This document shows, piece by piece, positions 18,246-22,873 of a stretch of DNA of 22,873 bases (its first letter is position 1; each line of letters starts with the position of its first letter). Position numbers and translations under genes: made by a program. The stretch comes from Chlamydiota bacterium (lineage in GTDB: Bacteria; Chlamydiota; Chlamydiia; Chlamydiales; RGXB01). The notes below the pieces were generated by a model, which saw only the letters and a list, made by a program, of their open reading frames with translations, was not told the DNA's origin and ran no database searches. Location: assembly GCA_947494155.1 (NCBI GenBank), contig CANLTW010000018.1:1-22873 (forward strand). Reading direction: 5' to 3'.

Positions 18246-18698
18246 ATGAAGTCCGAGAAACTCCGAAAACTAGAGATCGAGTTAGCCGATCTTCAAAAGA
18301 TGTTTGATCATGACCTTGTCCCAAAAAAAGAACGGGAAAAGTACCGGGTCGAAATCGAAGGGATACGAGCTAAAATTGAAGAAGAAAAGCAACGCTTGCA
18401 GTACCTCAAAGAGAGCGGAGAGACAGAGGATTTTGTTGCCCCAAAACGCAATAAGCAGAATCAGGGGTACGACCCGCAATCTATGCCTGAGATAGGCGTT
18501 GAGGAGGATCATTCAGAAATCAGCTATATGGACGAACGCTCATACGAAGATGATGACCCCTCTACCCTGTTTGAGGATGAGGAGTTTGAAGAGGGTGGAG
18601 AAAGAGGCTCTCAGGAGTACGATGAAGATCCTTTTAGCGAGCGTAATCGTTGGAAGCGCGCCAGGATGATTCAGGATCCCGAGCGGGACGACTGGTAG
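18246..18698 (+). CDS. Conserved chlamydial acidic protein (CT053-like)
   Basis: MKSE-x-L-x-KLE-x-EL-x-DL...LVPKKE...I-x-EEK-x-RLQ-x-LKE-x-GE and the C-terminal DEDPFS-x-RNRW...DP...W match my recollection of C. trachomatis CT053, which also neighbours hemN and sucA. Confidence 0.75.
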   Translation: MKSEKLRKLEIELADLQKMFDHDLVPKKEREKYRVEIEGIRAKIEEEKQRLQYLKESGETEDFVAPKRNKQNQGYDPQSMPEIGVEEDHSEISYMDERSYEDDDPSTLFEDEEFEEGGERGSQEYDEDPFSERNRWKRARMIQDPERDDW

Positions 18699-18711
18699 AA
18701 CCCTTTAACCT

Positions 18712-19830
18712 ATGGCAAATCCGATCAGTCTCTACGTGCATCTCCCCTTTTGCCGAAAAAAATGCCCCTACTGCAGTTTTTTTGTGCTCCCCTATTCGAA
18801 GGAATCGGAGAACCTCCTATTGGAGTCTCTTCTCCTGCACCTTGAAAAATACCAGGATGCCCTAAAAGGGAGAGAGTTAGTCTCTGTCTATTTTGGTGGG
18901 GGGACCCCCTCCATCCTCTCCCTTGATTTTCTAAAAACGCTTAAGAAAAAAATCGATGCTCTTCCCCTTGTTCATGGATCGTTTGTCGAGTGGACTATTG
19001 AGGCTAACCCGGAGGACGTAACAAAGGAATGGAGTGAAAACATCTCCCAACTAGGCTTTAATCGGGTAAGCCTAGGGGTGCAATCATTTGTAGAAAAAGA
19101 GCTTCATTTTTTGGGACGCAACTCCCAAAAGGGGGGCGCGCAAAAAGCAATCGACCATCTTGTCCAGTCAGGAATCAACAATATTTCTATAGATCTTATT
19201 TTCGAATTGATGGATCAAAAAAAAGGGGATTTTCTTGAAACTTTATATGGATTAAAGGATCTCCCTATCACTCACCTCTCGCTATATAACCTCATGATCG
19301 AGGAGGGCTCCTATTTTTACCGGGTTAAAAATGACCTGGAAAAGAGGCGTCCATCAGATGAGGCATGTCTTGAGATGCTCACCTCTGCTGTCGAGGTTTT
19401 AGAATCCATGGAGTTTGAGAGGTATGAAATCTCTGCTTTTTGCAAAAAAGGGCTCCGCTCAAAACACAATATTGGATATTGGACAGGCCGCGAGTTTATT
19501 GGGATAGGACCCTCAGCTTGGAGTTTTTTCAATAACAAGCGAACACAATGTTGCAAAAATCTGCATGAATATAAAAATACCCTTTTAAAAGGGGCAGACC
19601 CTTTTTTGTTTGAAGAAATGCTCTCATCTGATGCTCTTCTAAAAGAGCAGCTAGGACTATCCTTAAGATTAAAAGAGGGAGTTTTGAAAACCTCTGTTGC
19701 TCTTAAGGATAGTCTGGATTCTCTAGCTATCCTTCAAAAAAAAGGGTTGATAAAAGAAAATGCGCACTCCTTTGCTCTTACCGAAAAAGGGAGAAATTTT
19801 TACGATACCGTTCAAATGGAGCTTTTGTAA
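18712..19830 (+). CDS. hemW: Radical SAM heme chaperone HemW (HemN-like)
   Basis: YVHLPFCRKKCPYC (CxxxCxxC), YFGGGTPS, EANP, RVSLGVQSF, YEIS and the HemW-type HNxxYW (HNIGYW). Confidence 0.88.
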   Translation: MANPISLYVHLPFCRKKCPYCSFFVLPYSKESENLLLESLLLHLEKYQDALKGRELVSVYFGGGTPSILSLDFLKTLKKKIDALPLVHGSFVEWTIEANPEDVTKEWSENISQLGFNRVSLGVQSFVEKELHFLGRNSQKGGAQKAIDHLVQSGINNISIDLIFELMDQKKGDFLETLYGLKDLPITHLSLYNLMIEEGSYFYRVKNDLEKRRPSDEACLEMLTSAVEVLESMEFERYEISAFCKKGLRSKHNIGYWTGREFIGIGPSAWSFFNNKRTQCCKNLHEYKNTLLKGADPFLFEEMLSSDALLKEQLGLSLRLKEGVLKTSVALKDSLDSLAILQKKGLIKENAHSFALTEKGRNFYDTVQMELL

Positions 19831-19876
19831 AAAAGTAAAATGCTGTAGTATATTGATGCTTTTTATAAAGGATTTT

Positions 19877-20194
19877 ATGAAATTAACTAATTTATTACCC
19901 CTTTTGGCCTGGGACACGGATCGTCATCAGGGTGTGAGCGAAAAGGATACTCGTTTACTGAATATTTTTAAGCGAAGCGTTTGGATTTCTGTTGCCCTGT
20001 CGGTAATCGCAGAAGCTGCGCTGTCACTTCTGTATCCAGGTTCCTACTATTCAAGACCGAACACGAGATCAGCAAAAATTTTGGAAACGATCTCCTCATT
20101 TGCATCTCGCGCATTCCTACCTATGAGCTTTTTTTCAGTTCTACAATCCGCAAGAGTCTACTCAATCGTTAAAGAAGCAAAAAAGTCTTGCTAG
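19877..20194 (+). CDS. Small hypothetical membrane protein (about 105 aa)
   Basis: Part of track ORF 19760-20194. The in-frame ATG 19877 follows AAAGGA and avoids overlap with hemW. Two hydrophobic segments. Confidence 0.5.
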   Translation: MKLTNLLPLLAWDTDRHQGVSEKDTRLLNIFKRSVWISVALSVIAEAALSLLYPGSYYSRPNTRSAKILETISSFASRAFLPMSFFSVLQSARVYSIVKEAKKSC

Positions 20195-20362
20195 ACAAGG
20201 GGGCTTTGGAGTGTACTTCTAGCCTATCTGGGGGATAATTTTACTGTTTGGATAAGGAATCGACTGGATTCACAATCCCAAAAATGGTGCTATGATCCCC
20301 CTACCTACCATTTTATTCTACTCTTAGTTTGCTTTATTGCTCTCAGTATTGATCTTCATTAA

Positions 20363-20390
20363 TTGGCTAGATGTTTTTCGGGCCTATAAT
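20363..20390 (+). promoter_or_regulatory. Possible sigma70-type promoter upstream of peptide remnant A
   Basis: TTGGCT (20363-20368), a 16-nt spacer, TATAAT (20385-20390), followed by AAAGGT. Confidence 0.35.
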
Positions 20391-20403
20391 AAAGGTAAAT
20401 CCT

Positions 20404-20530
20404 ATAAAAAAACCAAAGCCAGCAAAACTGTTTCAAAGAAAACTAAAGCCAAGAACAAAAAGGAAAATGAAAAATTAATCAGGGGCGTTGCAATTTTCCT
20501 AATAGTTACCCACAAAGGGGGCATTTTAAT
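20404..20530 (+). pseudogene. Degenerate Lys-rich-leader / double-glycine peptide gene, copy A
   Basis: Reads AT[G missing] KKTKASKTVSKKTKAKNKKENEKLIRG. Restoring one G at about 20487 gives GG-CNFPNSYPQRGHF, which aligns with copy D (K..K.SK...KK..AK.K......[IV][RK]GG.N[FY]...GH). The end coordinate is approximate. Confidence 0.45.
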
Positions 20531-20653
20531 ATCTTCTCGTGGCTTTATTATCAACAAAAAACGGCTTAGACCCCGTTATTGACACGTATTCTCCTCCTTT
20601 TACTTTTGGTGATTTTTTTTATCTGAACTATTTTTTTTTATCTTTTTCATCAT
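20526..20653 (-). pseudogene. Frameshifted Lys-rich-leader / double-glycine peptide gene, copy B
   Basis: As read it is MMKKIKKNSSDKKNHQK* (20653-20600). One extra A in the A8 run (A9 in copy C) gives MMKKIKKNSSDKKKSPKVKGG-EYVSITGSKPFFVDNKATRRY*. Confidence 0.5.
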
Positions 20654-20926
20654 AAAACCTTATTTTAATTATCTATTTTTCTGCTGCTTCTTTTTTTGGT
20701 TTCGATTGTTATCAATACATATCATCCGCAATAAGTGGAATTACACGACTCACAACGTGCAAAAGCCGAATCTTCTCGACAGGAAATGCCCGATGCTCCC
20801 CCGACAGCTTTCTATTTTTTTTGATACATATTTCCCGTTGAACCATCATAGCAACCGCCTCCTTTTAGTTTTGCTGATTTTTTTTTATCTTTAATATTTT
20901 TTTTGCCTTTTTTCTTCATAAAACCT
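20593..20926. repeat. Imperfect direct repeat of about 68 bp (20593-20660 and 20858-20926)
   Basis: Both copies read CCTCCTTTTA-x-TTTTG-x-TGA(T8/T9)ATCT...CATAAAACCT, with a period of about 266 bp. The repeat covers the RBS and leader of peptide copies B and C. Confidence 0.8.
20812..20919 (-). CDS. Lys-rich-leader / double-glycine micro-peptide, copy C (35 aa)
   Basis: Manual translation MKKKGKKNIKDKKKSAKLKGG-GCYDGSTGNMYQKK*, with AGGT upstream of the ATG. It is below the ORF-track cutoff. Confidence 0.55.
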   Translation of the reverse strand: MKKKGKKNIKDKKKSAKLKGGGCYDGSTGNMYQKK

Positions 20927-21314
20927 ACTCGCAGTTTTTTTGCTGCTCTTTTGTGCGCTTTTTTGTTTTCCTACCTCGTTGGTAAATTACAAATACTAAA
21001 TTATTATATTATTATCCAGCTTTAGGTAATAAACATTGAAATTGAAAGAGTTACGTTTCTACTACAAAGGGGAAATTTAGAGGGCTATTAGCCTGTGAAA
21101 AACTTTTAAAGACCATTTCATCAGTCTTTTTTCATCTCTAAAGACAATCTGTTTCACCCGGTTCCAACATAAAATGCACCTACTGCTCAATCAACAACAT
21201 TTTCGATTGCTTTACATGCTTAAAAGTCTACTAGCTCTTTAAATTACATGGGCTTAAACGCTAAAATTGACAAAAAAAACTATAATGTTATTTAGAAAAA
21301 ATAAGGAGTAATTC

Positions 21315-21461
21315 GTGGTCAAAAAGCATCCAAAGAGCAGTAAATCAACTGCAAAAAAACAGCTAGCTAAGAGCAAAACGATAAGCAAAGAGGTTACTGT
21401 AAAAGGTGGGGGAAATTATACTCGTAACTGTACCAATGGCACTTACGGTGGGCATCCTTGA
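21315..21461 (+). CDS. Lys-rich-leader / double-glycine micro-peptide, copy D (48 aa)
   Basis: Manual translation MVKKHPKSSKSTAKKQLAKSKTISKEVTVKGG-GNYTRNCTNGTYGGHP*. GTG start with a strong RBS TAAGGAG at 21302-21308 and TATAAT at 21281-21286. Confidence 0.62.
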   Translation: MVKKHPKSSKSTAKKQLAKSKTISKEVTVKGGGNYTRNCTNGTYGGHP

Positions 21462-21522
21462 AATGGTGTATAAGGACTCGCAGCAAAAAAAAGGTGCATG
21501 AAACGGGGCACTTAAACTTATA

Positions 21523-21669
21523 CTAGTAGTCCCATCTATGGCTATTATCATAACAATTTTTACCTGCAGTTTCCCACCCCCCAGCCCCATATAATTTTTT
21601 TCTCCCATTCGATTTAGTTCTAGCCTCTAAGGATTGATCTTTTTTGCTTGGTTTGGAAGCCTTCTTCAT
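21523..21669 (-). CDS. Lys-rich-leader / GA-GG micro-peptide, copy E (48 aa)
   Basis: Manual translation MKKASKPSKKDQSLEARTKSNGRKKLYGA-GGWETAGKNCYDNSHRWDY*. Purine-rich AGGGGAAAGGT precedes the ATG. It converges on copy D and shares CYD with copy C. Confidence 0.55.
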   Translation of the reverse strand: MKKASKPSKKDQSLEARTKSNGRKKLYGAGGWETAGKNCYDNSHRWDY

Positions 21670-21787
21670 ACCTTTCCCCTTTTTACCAACAAATAAGATA
21701 AATGCTTTTCGTTTACAATTTAAAGTTTTATAGCTGTAAGCTTGAGGAACTTAGTCCTCTTTAGGCTGGGGGGCAACTTAAAAAGGG

Positions 21788-22612
21788 CTAGGTGAGAAAG
21801 AGGTCCCGATGGGAAAGGAGACGCGTATAGAGCAGATCAAACAGTATTGTTTCGGGAAAGCTAGCGCTTTTAGCGAGCATCTCCAGCTCTAGTAAAAGGG
21901 GGAGAAGGCCTAAAAAATAGTCCATGCCCAGGGCGTCTCGCTCTTTTTTCTGAGCTAAAAGATCTTTTTTTCTGAAAGGGGGAATAGGAGCTGCGGGCTC
22001 GATTTCAAAACTAAAGAGGTTATAATAGACCTCCTGACGCAATTTTGAGATAAAACCGAGCATGTCTAGAGGGGACGGGCGCAAGCTGTGTTGCGGATTT
22101 AAAAGCATATGCCTCGCTTTTTCCCAATCGTTTGGCCCTAACTCATAAAGGTGATGTTTTTCCAGGTCTTCAAGGGTGATTTGAGATTTAGAGTGGGTCA
22201 AAAGAATCTGTTCTACATGACGCAAAATACATAGACCAAACCCTTCCGATAGACGAAACAGGCGATCAAAAGCCTCTTTCTGTAATGTTTTTTTCTGCTT
22301 TTGGCAAACATGATCGATCCACTGAAAGATCCTTTTCTGCCGTTCCCACGGTTTCTCTGCTGAAAAATTATGGCATTCTACCGAGGGGATACTTTTTAAA
22401 CTCTTAGAGAAAAAAAGTGTGATTGGTACAGAAGAAAATTGCAAAAGATCCCAATCCATTTTTTTAGGCAAAGAGTCAATGCGCGCGTACAAGGGATCGT
22501 TTTCAGCAAAAAATGTGGGATTTTCCACTTGGGCGTACAGCGCTTCAAGACTTGGGAGCTCTTTTGCCCTGGGACAAAAAAGCTCCACGAAAAGGGGCAT
22601 ATCCTCATCCAT
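21788..22612 (-). CDS. DNA polymerase III delta subunit-like (HolA / CT047-like) protein
   Basis: LYAQVENPTFFA resembles the delta-subunit clamp-binding SLF motif region. Also PWERQKRIFQWI, a helical lid ending in ITLEDLE, and C-terminal LELEMLAKS. The start was moved from track position 22672 to in-frame ATG 22612. The family assignment is from recollection. Confidence 0.55.
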   Translation of the reverse strand: MDEDMPLFVELFCPRAKELPSLEALYAQVENPTFFAENDPLYARIDSLPKKMDWDLLQFSSVPITLFFSKSLKSIPSVECHNFSAEKPWERQKRIFQWIDHVCQKQKKTLQKEAFDRLFRLSEGFGLCILRHVEQILLTHSKSQITLEDLEKHHLYELGPNDWEKARHMLLNPQHSLRPSPLDMLGFISKLRQEVYYNLFSFEIEPAAPIPPFRKKDLLAQKKERDALGMDYFLGLLPLLLELEMLAKSASFPETILFDLLYTRLLSHRDLFLT

Positions 22613-22622
22613 ATGATCAAAG

Positions 22623-22873
22623 ATGATAGCCCTGATCAAGATAGCTTTTGCTTTTGTTGTCACAATCACCAATATACAACAAAACAGTGTTAACAGGAAA
22701 ACAAACTTCGCAACCTATTCTGCTTACTTTTACTTTTTAAGCTTGGCGCTGCTGGTTGCCTTGGCCTCTATGGGGATTGAGAAGGGGACGATCAAAGATG
22801 ATGTACTTCAAAAGGCGATGGAGATCCCTCAAATCCAGAAGTATGTAGATAAAGCAATTGAACGGATTATTTT
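22623..22873 (+). CDS. Partial membrane protein, possibly YihY/BrkB family (runs off the window end)
   Basis: Open frame from ATG 22623 to the window end: MIALIKIAFAFVV...FATYSAYFYFLSLALLVALASMGIEKG..., loosely resembling the first TM region of YihY proteins. Confidence 0.4.
   Translation, partial: MIALIKIAFAFVVTITNIQQNSVNRKTNFATYSAYFYFLSLALLVALASMGIEKGTIKDDVLQKAMEIPQIQKYVDKAIERII

Noticed and set aside
18712..19830. Radical SAM gene as the maturase for the nearby peptide cluster
   Set aside because: It carries HemW hallmarks (HLPFC, HNxxYW), has no SPASM/twitch Cys cluster or RRE extension, and sits in its usual position next to the CT053-like gene.
20337..20582. Track ORF of 81 aa as a real gene
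   Set aside because: It has a TTG start without an RBS. Its Lys-rich middle is better explained as the leader of degenerate peptide copy A, and its tail is antisense to copy B.
20712..20849. Alternative 45-aa minus-strand ORF (MMVQREICIKK...) behind an AAGGAGG
   Set aside because: The AAGGAGG is produced by the Lys-Gly-Gly codons of copy C, and copies D and E keep the Gly motif with different codons. It is not fully excluded without ribosome profiling.
20706..20894. Track ORF of 62 aa on the plus strand
   Set aside because: It is the antisense shadow of peptide copy C, with no RBS or recognisable features.
20593..20926. Direct repeat as a CRISPR array or IS ends
   Set aside because: Only two imperfect copies of about 68 bp lying about 266 bp apart, with no cas or transposase gene. 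Gene duplication explains it.
21485..21512. Terminator between convergent peptides D and E
   Set aside because: A U8 run follows on the minus strand, but the stem (GTGC/GCAC) is only 4-5 bp, too weak to call.
21363..21608. Track ORF of 81 aa on the minus strand
   Set aside because: It overlaps copy E out of frame and copy D antisense, both of which have better RBSs and family motifs.
1..22873. tRNA, rRNA, prophage, integrase, transposase or defence-system genes; alternative genetic code
   Set aside because: No such motifs were seen. Long genes are intact under the standard code, and TAA, TAG and TGA all serve as normal stops.

Overview
This is a chromosomal window, very probably from an environmental Chlamydiota bacterium. 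The basis is a CT053-like gene next to hemW and near sucA/sucB, a holA/CT047-like gene and a small conserved chlamydial-type protein, all recognised from memory rather than by search. Housekeeping content: 2Fe-2S ferredoxin plus a DUF1858-IscA/HesB fusion, a P2A-type ATPase, a histidine phosphatase, sucA-sucB-lpdA, a squalene/phytoene synthase, hemW and a holA-like gene. Accessory content: three tandem paralogous GT-A-like glycosyltransferases plus an exostosin/GT47-like enzyme, an Inc-like protein, and two small membrane-anchored proteins carrying host-type short linear motifs. The most unusual signal lies at about 20400-21670 and is not in the ORF track. It is a cluster of five related micro-ORFs, each with a Lys-rich leader ending in a double-glycine-type motif (LKGG, VKGG, VKGG, IRG[G], LYGA/GG) followed by a short variable core. 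They form two convergent pairs plus one tandem duplicate. Three are intact and two are degenerate, and no cognate processing enzyme is present in the window.
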